This document shows positions 1-13,500 of a stretch of DNA of 64,000 nucleotides, piece by piece. The notes below the pieces were generated by a model. It did not search any database. It had not been told where the DNA came from and saw nothing but the letters and a program-made list of their open reading frames with translations. Each line of letters starts with the position of its first letter. Within the stretch, counting starts at the first letter, position 1. A program made the translations under genes and the position numbers. The stretch comes from Moniliella sp. 'wahieum' (taxonomy: Eukaryota): positions 62,001 to 126,000 of the forward strand of contig RSEE01000117.1 of NCBI GenBank assembly GCA_003971905.1, read 5' to 3'.

Positions 1-1456
1 CCCCGGCTTGGTCAAACTGCATGTCGCTAAAGACAAACGAGTCTTGGGCATGTCAGCAGCAGGCACCTTCTTTGCCGTGGCCCGGCCAAGAATGGTAGTG
101 AACACGGCGAGAAAATCAGTGTTCCAGCCCCAGTCCATGTCTTGGATGGAGGCTACCCGTTCCGTCAGATTCTTGCCCTCAATGTGGAAAAACTGGGGGT
201 GTTCACTGAAGGTGAAACGTGGTTATGCCATGGCTCGGCGGTGATCTCAGCAAGAAGAAGCCCGAGCGCACAAGCGACATGCATAGGCTCCCCGGACATG
301 CTCCCCGAAACATCCACCACAGCCAGTGCCGAAGGGAGTGTGCCCGCTGACTTGATGTGCTGAACAAAGGCGTCCCATTGCAGGTTGCACACCATACTCC
401 TTAGCAGGTTTTTGCCAACAGAGCCGCGGACACGCTCAGCCTCGTCGACAATGGTATGGGGCTTGAGCACGGCCGCATTCACCTTGGCTTTCCCGCCAGC
501 AACATCCATTAGATAGGTCTCAAACGCTTGGGGTCGTGCGTCGCAAACGAATCGGAATTACGCTGCATCGAGAGTGAGGGAACGGCATTGTAGTTGATGG
601 CCCCCCATTTTTGGGCTGACATGCTGACCTCGACGACATGCAGGCAAGCGCGGAGCGGGCTGAGATACGTTCGGCGGAGATGATTGCGTGCCTTGATTAA
701 ACAAGACGGCAGGACATCCCCCTTGTCGTCTCGCTCCACACCACTTGGTTGTAGAGCTTAAGTGCCACCGCATCGTATAGCCCCGTTTGCTTGTCCAAAC
801 TCTTGTCCTGCGAAGGCATCCACTTGGCCGCTAAGCTGACTTGGCCCGACTCAGCGACCATACAGGCCAAGTCCTCGGCCAACTGGGTGGCAAACAAGTT
901 CACTACTACCGCCTCCATCACGGGGGTTGGGATAGGCTTGAGGCGCATCTGAGCATACATATCCTTATACTTGACGGTCAATTGGGAATCATAAGGGGCG
1001 CACGTCGGTGTTGATCCCGATGGCGCCTGCGCCCAAACGCGGCCCTGTTCGCCGAGGCGAGACCGTCCATTTCGACTTGGTCCTCGTCAGTCTGTCGAAA
1101 CAAGGAAAGGAACGTGGCCAGGTCCCCCAGCATCCAAACTCGGGCACCCACTTGAGTGCCGTCAGAACCGTACTGGGATGCGCTGGCCATAATGCCTGCA
1201 AAGCGTAGAGCGCCACCCTGTTGATCGCCTTGCCCTCGCGTACGTCCAAAGCGTAGAAAATGAGCTTGAGCGTGTCCAGGGGGGACACCTGCCAAGAGGC
1301 CAAAGTGAGCTCCTGCGCGGCTGGACGTCGAGTGGTGTCCTTCAGACCGTAGAACAAGTCCACACGGGCATCCCGGGACGAAGCCTGAGTCAGGCCGCCG
1401 TTTTCGGTGTACGTGACAGACAAGGCCTCAACGAGAGCGTTGGGTGCGGTGGTCAT
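1..1456 (-). CDS. DUF2828-family (TROVE-like + vWA-like) protein, 3' end runs off the window; several frameshifts
   Basis: Stitched ORF pieces give YTENGGLTQASSRDARVDLFY, LKLIFYALDVREGK, SLAAKWMPS, YNAVPSLSM, LAVVDVSGSMSGEPMHVACALGL (MIDAS-like DxSxS) and FVFSDMQFDQA near base 10; ATG at 1456-1454. Confidence 0.85.
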
Positions 1457-4159
1457 GGCTAATGTGCTGTGGCGATAGCAGTCGCAGTAGCAATAGCGGC
1501 GGTGGCGTTGGGTGGTGGACCAGGGGTCGTGGGGTGGGGGCGGATCGCGTGGGCCCAGGTTAAAATACGTGTTGTGTATAGCCCCTGGAGCAAGTCTAGG
1601 GCCCCTCCATAACCCAACAATCACGCGTCATGACCGATGAGAGCCGGTGGCTCAAATCATGAATGACTTTAATGACTCGAATGCGGGCAGAGCAGTGGCA
1701 GTACCAGTGTGGCGCAGCGGCTGCCACACCGTCCCACCCGGGAACACTGTTCCCACACCGGGGGGACACTCGTCGTCGGTGCCCTGCGCCTGTGCCTAAA
1801 CGATCCGGTGGGGAAACACCGGGCAACGTCTTTATAGCCTCTTTTGTCGGTGGCTAGCCTGCTCTGCCCCGTTCCGACGCTCACTTGGGCCGATCCCTTA
1901 GCCCCTGCGGCCTCTTGTCATATGCAATGCACGTATCTGCCTTCTTGACCCTTGCCCGATGTACATTATATTGCCCGCGATGTACATTATAGCAGTCTTG
2001 ATTATGATAAGGCATATTAAGGTACATTATGCATTACACAACTGTGGGGAGGAAAATGGCACGGCAAATGGTATACGCGGAAGCTGTTAGTTGAAGCTTA
2101 ACCAGAAGTGGAGAACAATGTCACAGTCGCCCCTGGATGCATTTGCCCTTTGTGGTTCTCTCCCACCAGGCTGAGATCCTATTTTGTGGGACTCAGATGA
2201 GTCACTTTGCCGTATGTTCTTATCGTACCTGGTCCGGCTCACGCGGCAGTAGTTTCCTCTCTGACTCTTGCGGGTCGCTCCGCAAACTGCCTTGCCTTTC
2301 CTCGTTCTTCTTCTACTTTCACTCGAGGCAGCTATTCCTCCTCTTCTCCTTGCATTCGCAGATTTCTTTGCTCCCCGCCTTTTCGTCTGCCAACTACGCG
2401 TGTCTCTCAGCTCCCGTTTTTTTTTTTTTTTTCAGTCTGGTCTCGCTCAGTCCCCGACCTTCCCTTCGACCACCCAGTCCCTGGAGCCCCTAGCCCCAGC
2501 CTCAGTGCCATCCCCCGCTCCACAGTCTCAATCAGGCAGCGTTGTCCCCCGCAGTCTTTTTTCCCCCGTCCCCAAGTCCGAACGGCTGGAGCCTTGTTGC
2601 TATTGCCTCGACGGGTGCCTACCTGGCAATCTTGCTACCCAAAACCGCCACCTCTGCTTTTTAGTACATACGCCCAGAGGCCTCTTCTTTTGTCCCTATT
2701 ACTCTGCTCGGATCCACCATCAATGCCACCTACCAACATCCCACACGCAACCTCGCAAGATGGAAAGGGGCGTACGCTTCAGTGTTGTGCAGGGCGCAAT
2801 GCGCATCGCTTCGTCCCCAAGCTGCTGGTGCCACGCGCCCCCAATACTTCGTAGCGTCTCCCCTCCCCCCCCCGATACGCCAGACCAGACGAGAGGTCCA
2901 CTGGGTCCCTGTTGTAGAGCCGAATCTGGGAGCCTTCCAGGGAGGAAAGTGAGGAATCCTTACTGGGACAGCGCCTCGCCATGCAGGGTTCTCACGCCAG
3001 AACGATGCCGGCCCATTAACAGCTCCAGGTGGTCGGGTGCAGCCACGCACAGGCACCACGCTGCTGAAGAGAAAGGGGACGGGAACGAATGCGCATCCCA
3101 TATACTCTCTGCTTCTTGCTTACTGCCCGTCCTCGTTAATCCTTCCTGGCAGTATATCTTCATTGAATATGGACATGCAGTGCAATGTGGAACGTGCGTT
3201 GCATGGGGAGCCTTCTGTCCTTGCGCGCCTTCTCTCGCACCATGTGGGGCGGGAGGTGTGGTATTGTGGTTACGCTGGTGGGTACAGGATGCATCCAAGA
3301 CGAGAAAAATATACGCTGCGCGTCAATTGCATCGTGTTTGAAATGTAACTCTTTCCTGGTTGGTACTGCAACCGGTTGCGCACCTACCCCGCGCGTCCAT
3401 CGCATCGGCCGGATCCAACAGGCTTTTTTTGCTGACATGTGGCAAGCAGCCTGTGTGCACCACACGACACATGCGTACTGGTACTGAGTACTGAGTACTG
3501 GCAGTGCAACCAAGAGGGAAGATGACTTTGGTGAAGCAGAGAGTGGGCTGGGTACTGGGTGGGCAAGGGCGAGTAGGTACCTGTACGTCTGCTTTGAATC
3601 CCAGCTCTCGAGATGGAGGTCTTGGCGCTCTTGGCGGGGGAGGGTGGAAGCAGGGGCATGCCACCAGGGCGGCGAGGGGCTAGTGACTAGTGACATGTGA
3701 CAGCTGTGCATGGTTCGTGCGTGTGCCCTGGAAAGCTAACGCGCTAACGCTTGGAAAGGAAACAGGCAGGCTGCAGCGTTCCTGGCTGCGTGCTCCTCCC
3801 CGCTTTGGCATGGCATGTCCCCGCCGCCGCCGCACCCCCAGCGGCAACTGCGCCCTGCATGGCGCGGGTGTGAAAGACCGCCCAGGCACCGCAGAGGGGC
3901 AGTGTCGCCGCGCTGGCGGGTGGTGATCGTGATCGATTGATCGCGATCGCACAATGCACCTCTGGGCACCAGCGCACTGTCCCGTGTCAGCCCTCGGGCG
4001 GCAGGCCTGCCGGCAGCTGGATTTATTTGGTAACCCCGCACATGGGCAGACGACTGGGCAGACGGCTGGCGCTAGCCTCGCCGCCTCGGGTTCTCTCCTC
4101 GCACATCTCACACTGCGTCCCGCCCGCCCTCGCGCGAAGAAAACACTGTCCCCACCCAT

Positions 4160-4241
4160 CCGCATTTGCATCTGCATCCCATTTGCATCTGCATCCCATC
4201 TGCATCTGCATCCCATCTGCATCTGCATCCGCATCTGCATC
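4160..4241. repeat. Tandem repeat, about 17-bp unit TGCATCTGCATCCCATY, in the leader of the next gene
   Basis: Read directly from the sequence. Confidence 0.85.
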
Positions 4242-4329
4242 CTCTTCTCCTTGTCTGTGTTCCACTTCCACCTCCTCCGCCCCCTTATTTGCCTGTCCTG
4301 CCGTCTCTGCCTCTCTCCTCGCCGCCGCC

Positions 4330-6193
4330 ATGGCCAACGACGCTGCGTACGACGACCGTACCACCGGCTACGACGCCCACGAGTCCTATGGCCGCTACCA
4401 GCACGACTATGGCGTGAGCCATAGCCATTCCTACTCTCTCAGCCAGCACGGGTCGCCCGCGCAGCAGCGCGGTTGCGCGCCCCCCCTATCTACGAGTACG
4501 GCAATGGCCAGTACGATTACCCTACTGGTCTTGACCAGCCGCGCAGCCCGCTCGGAGACACGTACGGCTCGGATCAGGTGGCCACCGACGACGGCGCCTA
4601 TGGCGCCCGTGGCAATGTTACCCCGAACCCGTACGCTTCGAGCCAGTCGAGCGTACGAGATGTTTGGGTGGCAGACGAGAAACATGGTCGGGCGCGCGAC
4701 GAACGCCCTATGTTGTTTGGGTGTGTTGCTTTCTTGTCTTCTTCCCCCCCCCCCTTCCCCCGGGCGCATCCTCACGCTTGGCTGATGATTGCCTGTTCAT
4801 GGGGGGGATGACGGATGGTCAGTGATCTGACGGATTGGGGAATTACTTGACTAACCTTCTCCTCTGCCCTTCTCTTCTGTAGATCTATCTTTTGCTTTTG
4901 GTGCTGGCCATCATTGGCGTTGCGTGTGGGATCATGTTGGCCGTTGTTGTGCGTATCGTATCTCCTGCCTGTGCAAGCCAGCATCACTAACCTATACCCT
5001 CCTTCGCTCAGTTTGTCCGTCCCCCAACGTGGGCATTGCGGGCTACACCACGCCGCACCTGTACGTGCAGGGCAAATCATTGATGATGAACACGTCCGTG
5101 TACGCCGGGGTGTCCAACCCGAATTCAGTTAGTGCCAAGGTCAAGTCGGTGGACGCGACGATTTACGAGCGGGCGGTAGCGAACCAAGTGCTAGGCACGA
5201 CCCAGGCCTCCAACTTAAAAATCAACGCTCACGCCAACACCACCATCGTCTTACCTGTCCAGTTCGAGGTTGCTTCGACGGCCAACTTTTCGTCGGACGC
5301 TCATACGCTCACTAGCATGGCGCAGAGTTGCGGCTGGGACCTGGCTAGCTTGGCGAGCGCACTAGGCGTCCCCGTTCCTTCGAACTTGCATCTCCGTGCC
5401 GCGCCTGCCGCGCTGGCCAAACGGTCTGGCGCCGTACCCCTCTCATTGATCTGGCTATCAAGGTCTCCATCATGTCGCTCACCTTCCACACCCCAGTGCA
5501 CAACGTATCGATCGATGTCAGCTGTCCCAGTCTGGCCGACTTGATGGGCGGGTCGAGTGGCTCTTCCAGCTCAACCAGTTTGCCCACGTTCAGTTCACAC
5601 AGCGTCATCCCCACCCCTACATCCACCTCCCGTTCGTCCCGGACCAGCGGCAGTAGCTCCACGTACGTCTCCCTGTTTTTGAGTTTTTGACTTTTTGAGT
5701 TTTTTGGGGTTCGGGGTACGGGGGGGGTTGGCGCTCTCGTGCAGACCGATATGTATACAAGAACACTGACTGACATGTATACCCCTACAGGCCTACCCCA
5801 GTTCCCGTTCCCATCAGCTCCGCCACGCCATCGCAATCTGCCGCGCCCACATCGCTCACTTCGCTTCCTCCCAACGTGGCCCAATCGTTCATCAGCTCGT
5901 TCCTTGCAAGTAACCCCGCAGCAAGCTCGGTGGTGAGCGAAGGCGAGGGCCTGGGCGGCGCGCTGAGTGGCATATTTAGTTTCATCACACCGCCGGAAGC
6001 CTTCCCATTCGCCGGGCGCTTCCGACCGAGGTGCCGATGGCGTAATTGGTGCGTATTGCGTATGGTGTACTGCGCACTGCGTACTGCGTTACCCTTGGGA
6101 CGCTGCGCCGGTCGGCTTTTGTTGGAGCAACGGTTTGGCTTCATACTCACGAACAAGGGAAGAAGGAAGCAAGCAATAGCAGGTCTCATGTGA
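4330..6193 (+). CDS. Single-pass membrane protein with LEA_2/WHy-like domain and Ser/Thr-rich tail; multi-exon, 3' end uncertain
   Basis: ATG in GCCGCCATGG context at 4330; hydrophobic segment after the acceptor at ~4882; VSNPNSVSAKVKSVDATIY...LG...KINAHANTTIVLPVQF matches the NPN motif pattern of LEA_2 domains; intron ~5662-5790. Confidence 0.6.
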
Positions 6194-6834
6194 ACCCGCG
6201 ATGCGATGGACCGAGCCGTTAGCTTCCTTGCCTCGTTACCTTTTTTTCGCCGGGTGGTCTCGTTTTAGGTACCCTTTTATCATTTCCTTTCCCCTCCTAC
6301 CCTGTGCCCGCTGCTTTTGAACCAGTGCTCTGTATTATGTTCGTTCTCTCTTGGCTGTGTGTGTTGGAGTGGTGGGAGTGGGTGGTGCGTATCTTTGGTT
6401 TGCAGTTGGTTTCTTATCTTGCTTGGTTGGGCGTCTATCCCCAAGTACTGAGAGGTGCCCCTCCTTTGGGTGCGCGTCTATAGTATCCAATCCCAATCCC
6501 CCGAGCGATGTACGTTTCGGAAGTTCCCAGTCTGGCCGGTCGTGCCCAGCCACACCGATCGTTCCCCTGAGAAGCAGAGAAGCGCGGGTTGGACAGACTC
6601 TTGGGCCGACATTCCATGCGGCAGCCGATGGGCTCGATCCAACTCTGTGTTGGCTGTTCCTCGGTTGGTAGCGTAGGCTGCTACCCGTCGCATACATATC
6701 CGTGCTTCTGTTGAGCGTGTGTCGGCAAGGGCTTGTTGCTTGCTGCTATGCATCTATGCCTTGGAGACAACCGCCAGCGAGGCAGATCGAAGTGCACTGA
6801 CTAGTGACTGGGCGTCGGCTGGATGCTGGATGCG

Positions 6835-6905
6835 GGATGGATGATGGATGATGGATGATGGATGATGGATGATGGATGATGAACGATGGATGATGGATCA
6901 TCGAT
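6835..6905. repeat. (GGATGAT)n heptamer microsatellite
   Basis: About 7-8 tandem copies read directly. Confidence 0.9.
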
Positions 6906-7592
6906 CCAGCTGCACGTGGCACGCGTGGGCGTGCGGATCGCCCAAGCCCACCGCACCGCCGCAGCCTGCAAGCAGCGTAGCCGCCAGAGACGCATGGGGA
7001 CGGGGGCAGTGTGGGGGGGCGGAATAAGAACAAAGGAGGGGCACCCGCACAGGGCGAGTGTGTGCACGGGTGAGTCCTGCGTCCCGAGTTGAGACCTGCC
7101 TGAAGCCGCCTGAGTCAGGACTGCTGGGTGCTGGGTGGCGGCCGCATTCAATCTTCAATTTCAATGGTTGCGCCTGGCTTGGGGGCGCAGGGGGCGCAGG
7201 CGGCGGCGACACGCAGAGCGGGTGGCTGGGCGCTGGCCCAGCACTGGCCCAGCCAACACGCCGGCGGGGCGTCGTGACGCGTGCCGGTGCCATCACTCGT
7301 CACGCGTCAACCGCCACACATCACCGGTAGTGGCGGGGGCGATCACGCGTCGCTTGGGGCGAGTGAAATTCACTTGGGTTAGCCCTCGAGCAGGAGGGAG
7401 GAGTGGCGAGGCAGCAGCGCCGAGGCAGCCGCTGGGCGCGTAATCATTAATCACCGCTCGCCCGCACCGCCGCCCCTGGCCCCTCCAGCTCCCGCTCCCC
7501 CCTCCCGCCCGCTCCCGCTTCCCCCCGCCCCCCCCTCATCCGACGGCAGCCAGGCCGGCATGGCTGCTGCTCCGCCCCACCACCGCTAACCC

Positions 7593-10500
7593 ATGGACGT
7601 CTACACCGCCTCCCCGTCCCCGGCCTTCGCCCTGCGCCACCCCTTCGACGCCGCCCCAGCCCCGAGCCCGGCAGCCGCTTCTCGGAATTCTCCTCCACCA
7701 CCGGCACCCCCGTCTCCCGCGCCAGCAGCCTCGCCTTCCAGCCCGCCTCGGCCTCCGCCTCGGCCTCCGCCTCGGCCTCCGCCTCCTTCCCCGACACGCC
7801 CCACCCGCCCTCGGACGACGACTGGGCAGAGTACACAGCCGCCGACCCCCTGGACCTCGGCCCTGCTCCGTCCTCCTCGCCCCTCGTCCCCGTCCCCATG
7901 CCCGTGTCCCTGCCCCAGTCCCTGCCCCAATCCTTGCCCCAGTCCCCGCCCCGCCCCCCGCCTCCGCCTCCGCCTCCACCTCCACCTCCGCCGGCGCCAT
8001 TGGCTTCAGCGCCCACCGCTTCGAGCATGCCCACCGCCCTCCCCCCGACCAGCCCATGCACCTTCCCCTTCGTGCGGCTGCCAGCTTTGCCGACCCACAC
8101 CCGCCTCCGGCTACTGCCCACCCCCCTTCCGCCTCCGCCATGGCCCCCATTGACACCGCTCACACCACACCCCATCCACCCGCCCACCTGACCCACACGA
8201 CGCCCACATCTCCTCTTGATGCGTCGCTGTCTGGCTCTGGCGCCCTTACCCCCCGCACGCCGTTTGAGCGGACTGCCACTGATCCCTTTGGTGGTCTCTT
8301 CACCCCCTCCCTCTCGCCGCGCATGGACCGTGCCGGCTTAGTGGGCATCGGGGAATTGGCCAGTCGTATGGCCGCTGCTCCTGGCGCGCCAGAATTTGTC
8401 CCCGACCTCCCTTTGCCCCGCGTCAAGCCTCCGCTGCCAGAGGCCCAGAACCAGGCCCAGTCTCCTCTTTGGATCCCCACGCCGGCCCCAATGAAAGCCC
8501 AGCGGTCTCAGACATCCCATGAAGAGAGTTATCCGCCACCACCTTTCACTCGCTGGCACCAGCGGGACGCTTCCGAGGGCCAGCCTGTTCAATACGCTGG
8601 TTCTACTTCGAAACGCAGCAGCATGGGCTCAGGTTTGGTACGCACTCCCACCCCTATCCCTCTTCCTCACACCTCGCCTCGCCCTCCCCTCGTGCGCTGT
8701 TGTTCACCTTACTGACACCATCCGATTCCAGCCACGCCACGAGACTTTGCACATGCACACATCAAGTGTCAACACTGCCTCCTCGGGTCCCACTTCCTTC
8801 CACCAGTCTACAGCGAGCACCGATGGCCACCCGCTCCGCTATCGCAGTATGGTTGCTGGACATACGGGTGCAGCTGGCGACCGAGCTGCGACAGAGAACC
8901 CTGCCCTGCCTCAAAGTGTGACAACCCATCCACGCACGCCCTCCGGACGCTTCTCACGGCCTTGACCTCGACCTGGACGTAGCCGACTTTCAAGCATCCT
9001 TCGCCACCTTCCTGCAAGATCACCAAGAGAGGGAAAAAGAACGTACGCGAAGCAGTCGTCCTCATGCTGCTCCTGCTCCTGTCCCTGCCCCTGCCCCTGC
9101 TCCTGCCCCTTCGAGCACCCTCCCCTCCCCCCTCCTCAGCTATTTTCTCCACCCATGCTGGCACCTACAGTTCCCGCCCACCCAGCGGTGTGAGCGGTAT
9201 GAGCGGTGCGAGTGGGGGAAGCAATGGTCCTGACGCCCTCCTTTCCCCCTCGTTGGCTGGCACCGCATCTACCCAACTTCCCCTTCGCCCTGGAGAACAC
9301 AGCAACAATTCTCGTCGGTCCATCCTCCCCACCCTTTCGCGATTGCCGATCACACCTACCCGATCACGCAAGACGTCGGAATCCTTTTCGCGTGAGCCCG
9401 AGGCTCGGCTGTCCGTGTCGGGGCGGCAGCACCAATCGTCGGTTGCGGGATCGACCGAGGCGGACGAGTCGGTGACATCTGCCTCGCTTGTGCATTCGAG
9501 GACGAGCATCCATTCGCGCTCTCGTTCGGGCTCGGGTCTCGGATCGCCCTCCCTGCATCCATCCTGCTCGCCAGCGAAGCAGGCGGGAAAAAGGCAAAGC
9601 GACTGTCGGCTGTTCAGTCCCAATCTGGTTCGGGCCCCCCTGGACTCGGGTCCCGGTAAGCCGGACCCATTGGGCTCTCCCCCCTCGCAAGCGACGTTTG
9701 TGCGTAGCATGCGCCAACCCACCTACCCATATCGAGGGAGTGGGGTCGACCCCCCCGTGCCCAACGAGTTCCATTCCCCCACACCCCGACTGAGAGGATA
9801 CGATGATCCGATGCGCTCTCCTTCGGGCCCTAAGACGGAGATGCCATCGCCGACGCAGCCTTCGGCAAGGGCTAAGCGGACATCGACGTTGTTCGTAGCA
9901 GATGGCCTGTTTGTCCACCTGTTCCTCCGCTTCCTAAGGACTTTGAGTCGCGGCCTACGCCCTTGGTCCACTCGGCTTCGGTGTCGAACTCGATTACTGC
10001 CGCGCCCGAGGGGAGCCTCCCCCACAGTGGCGGCAGTTTTGGACCGTATTCTCCTTCGGCCAGCAGTGGCCTTAACGAGTTGCACCCGCCGCCTACCTCG
10101 GCGAATCTGGCAAGCCAAAAGACCCCTCCTCCATCGGCATGGAAGGGTTCGGTAGCGCTCGAGCCGGAGGGAAGTAAGTCGATGGACAGCCTTTCCAGTC
10201 GCGTTTCAGGGGCCGGCTCAGGATCGGGCTCAGGCTCAGGCTCGGGCTCGACCGCGTTGCCCTCGGGTGTTGTGACGCCTCGCAGGGGAGCGAGCCGGGA
10301 TGCCCCCCACGCTCCTACGGGCCACATGTTCAGTCCCAGCAGTTCCACTGCCCGTTCCTCGGCCGACTCGTTTGTCACACCGAACGGGTCGATGCGGCAG
10401 TCTCCTATGGGCCTGTCTCAACGAGGCAAGACGATGCCTGTTCCCGGGGGTGCAAATGCAAATGCAAATGCAAATGATGTGCAGCCGACTCTTCCCCCGC

Positions 10501-13500
10501 CCAAGTCGTCGCTGGAGGTGGCACCGGCTGCTTCCACCCTTGCGCCAACCAACCGTCGCAGTTCGGCCGGGGATTTTTATCCTCGCTCAGTCCGGGGGGG
10601 GATAAAAAAATGCGCGCGCGTCAGAACGCCGCCAACGTAGCTGCCCAAGCCAATGGCCTAGGGACCAATGCTGCGGCTCCTGGCAGCCTAGGACCGGCCA
10701 GTGGCGCGTCATCCCTCTCACCTCCCACTAAGTCCCGAGGCCGGTCGCAGTCGCGTGGCTCCTTGCCCATCGGTCACAAGTTCAGCCTCGCGTCGTTGTC
10801 CCATGCTTTCCGATCTCCCTCCACGCAGGACACCGGGACAAGAACGGCGCAAGTTGGAGCAACAGCAAGCACAGCAACCGCCTGCCCCGGTCCCCGTCAT
10901 CCCGGCTGCCTTTTCCTCGCATGCTCCTACTTCAACGGCCCAACAAGGTAAACAGCGTCCCTCCCAATCCAGTAGCGGCGACGAGAAAGCCAAGGAGATG
11001 GACAAGTTGCAAGAGAAAGAGAAGATAAGGACAAAGACAAGGAGAGCAAGTCCTTTTCCTTCCGACGCGTTTCGCTCGCAGGGAGGGAGACGCCTCATGG
11101 TAAGGGACGCAGGCTATCGGTCTTGCCCATCAAGTTTTCGGGCAAGGGAAATGGCTCGGTTCTAAGTCCTCGTTCCGGCGAGTCTACCTTACCCCCTCTC
11201 CCTCCGCCTGCCTTCATACCTTCTCGGCCGCCCCAGGCTGCCTCGGAGTCTTCCTCTTCGGCCAATGCCCCAGGGGTAGCGACGTCCGGAGTGAGGTCGC
11301 AGGGGAAACCCAACCACCTTCTCACCACCTCTCGCTTCTGCCTCCACCCAAGGGGGGCAGCGAACATTTCCCTTGCTACTGACTATCATGAGCGACTTGC
11401 CGTGCCTGCTGTGCCTGCTGTGCCTGCTGCGCCAGCCGTTCCTGGTCCCTCCCAACCCGCGGCTCACCCTGGGCTTATTGCGTCGGCTTCTACCAGCTGG
11501 GCTAGTTCGATGGGTTCGACGACACTGGCTTCCCCATGGGACATGAGTGTGTCGCAAGAATCAAGTTTTGCATCTAGTGCCCTTGATCCACACCAACGGA
11601 GCCAGCTCCCGCGTTCGATCGTTCTGCCACGCCCAAATCGCGCCGAACACCCACGTTTTTACGTCGAGCGATGAAGCGGGCGAGCCAGGTGGATCCTGAG
11701 ACGACCCGCGAGCTGGACGCAGCACGCAATGGCGCCGTCACCCCGTCCTCCCGTACTGCCCGCATTCGGAACTTGTTCCCCTCAGGTTCCACGCGGTGGA
11801 GTACCTTGCCTTTCAACGTGTCCTCTCTCCCGCCTGCGCCTGCTACGGGAACGGAGCCGTTGGAAGGGGGCAAAGGCGAGCCGTGGACTTCATCTTCGTT
11901 CGCATCCACACCTGCGTCCCAAGGCCCCTTCCGCCGGGTTAGCCTTACCCGCAATCGATCCAACTCGCGCTCGCTCAAGTCTCCCCGACAACGGACTACC
12001 ACACTTCCGGGAACGGTCAAGCCCCCCAAGAACCTAGACCAGGCGGCACCACGACTCAGCGTGCATGTGCCTCCGCTCCCCGGGACGCATGGCAACATGA
12101 TCGACACAGTATGAATGGCGTAGGGAACTCTCCTCGTTTGGGTAAACTGCCTATCTCGACTTCTGAAGCGACAATGGCATTACCGTCTCCGAAGTTGCCT
12201 CGCTCTCCTTCGCTGGCTTTGCCCGGCGCTCCTTCCAGAGCGGAGGGATGGGCGCTGTCCCGCCTCATCGCCTGCCACGGAAACCAAATCGGGTCCTACA
12301 TTGGCTTGGCCCTCTTCCACTGCCCCCCCGCTTTCCTCCTACACTCCTCCCCGTATCCCACAAGTGAGCATCGAGACCCAGGTCCCGATTCCAAGGTGGC
12401 CGCCACCCATCCTGCTGCTGCTCCTGATTCGCGGCGCGTATCCATCCAAGCGCCCCCTCTTGCACCCGAAGCGACTTTGGTCTCCAGCCCTCCGCAGACG
12501 TATGGGACCAAACCTTCCTCCCCTCCTCCTCCTCGGAGCACGGGGGCAATTCAAGCGCCTGATCCGACCTCAGTCCCGCCCGACTTGCCTGTTACGGCTC
12601 TCTCTCCTCCCATCATATCCATTCTGAACGCATGTGCTAAGGCCTCTACGCCAGCAGAAACCGAGGCGGCGATGCTGCGGGTTCGGCACTTCCTTTCCCA
12701 CTCTACGGAGCCCCTGTCGGCCAACGAACAAGGCATCCTCCATGGACTGCTGATTCGCGAAGCAGAGATGAGTGGGAAGGAACCTGAGTTTGAGATGGCC
12801 AAGCCCATTGAAGATCCGCCACCCGCCTCGCAGCCCGCACCTTTGGCATCTACCCTCGACTTGCCCGCGGCCTCGGCTCCCGTGCCGAAACAGTTATCGT
12901 CATTATCAGCCAAGCCCGACGCTACGCTGGGCCAGAGCTCGCTGCAGGACAAACGAGTAAGTGCCCAGTCGCAAGCCACGGTGGTAGGCCGGTCGGGCAA
13001 GCCAGGCGATTCGGGTGGGTCTTCTGCGCCGGAGCTTGAGCCGCAGGACGCGTCCCTGGCTCGCACATCTATTTCTCCAAGCCATGTCCGGGCGCGCGAA
13101 ACGTCTTCTCGGCCGACGAGCGCGGAAGTGGCGCAGGACCACGAGGACGATCGGTTGATTGGGGACGAGGAGATGAAGACGTACATTGAGCGGTACCAAG
13201 CGCGGAAGTTATCGCAAGGTGTCAAACAAGCTGATTTGGATCGTCAGTTTGAGTTTCCCGATCCGGACAAACCCTCGCGCGAGTTTAGTGTGCGACAGGC
13301 CGAGGTTATGTTTGGCAACAGGCTGTGCGAGTACGAGCTCAAGGAGATGTACGATACGATGCGCGACAAGAAGATCTACTATGCCGGCACGACACGCAAG
13401 CACATTGCGTACTTGAAGCGACCCGAGTTCAACTATGGCTACGACGACGACCGAGGGGACTACAAGGTGGTGTTGCGGGACCACTTGGCGTACCGGTACG

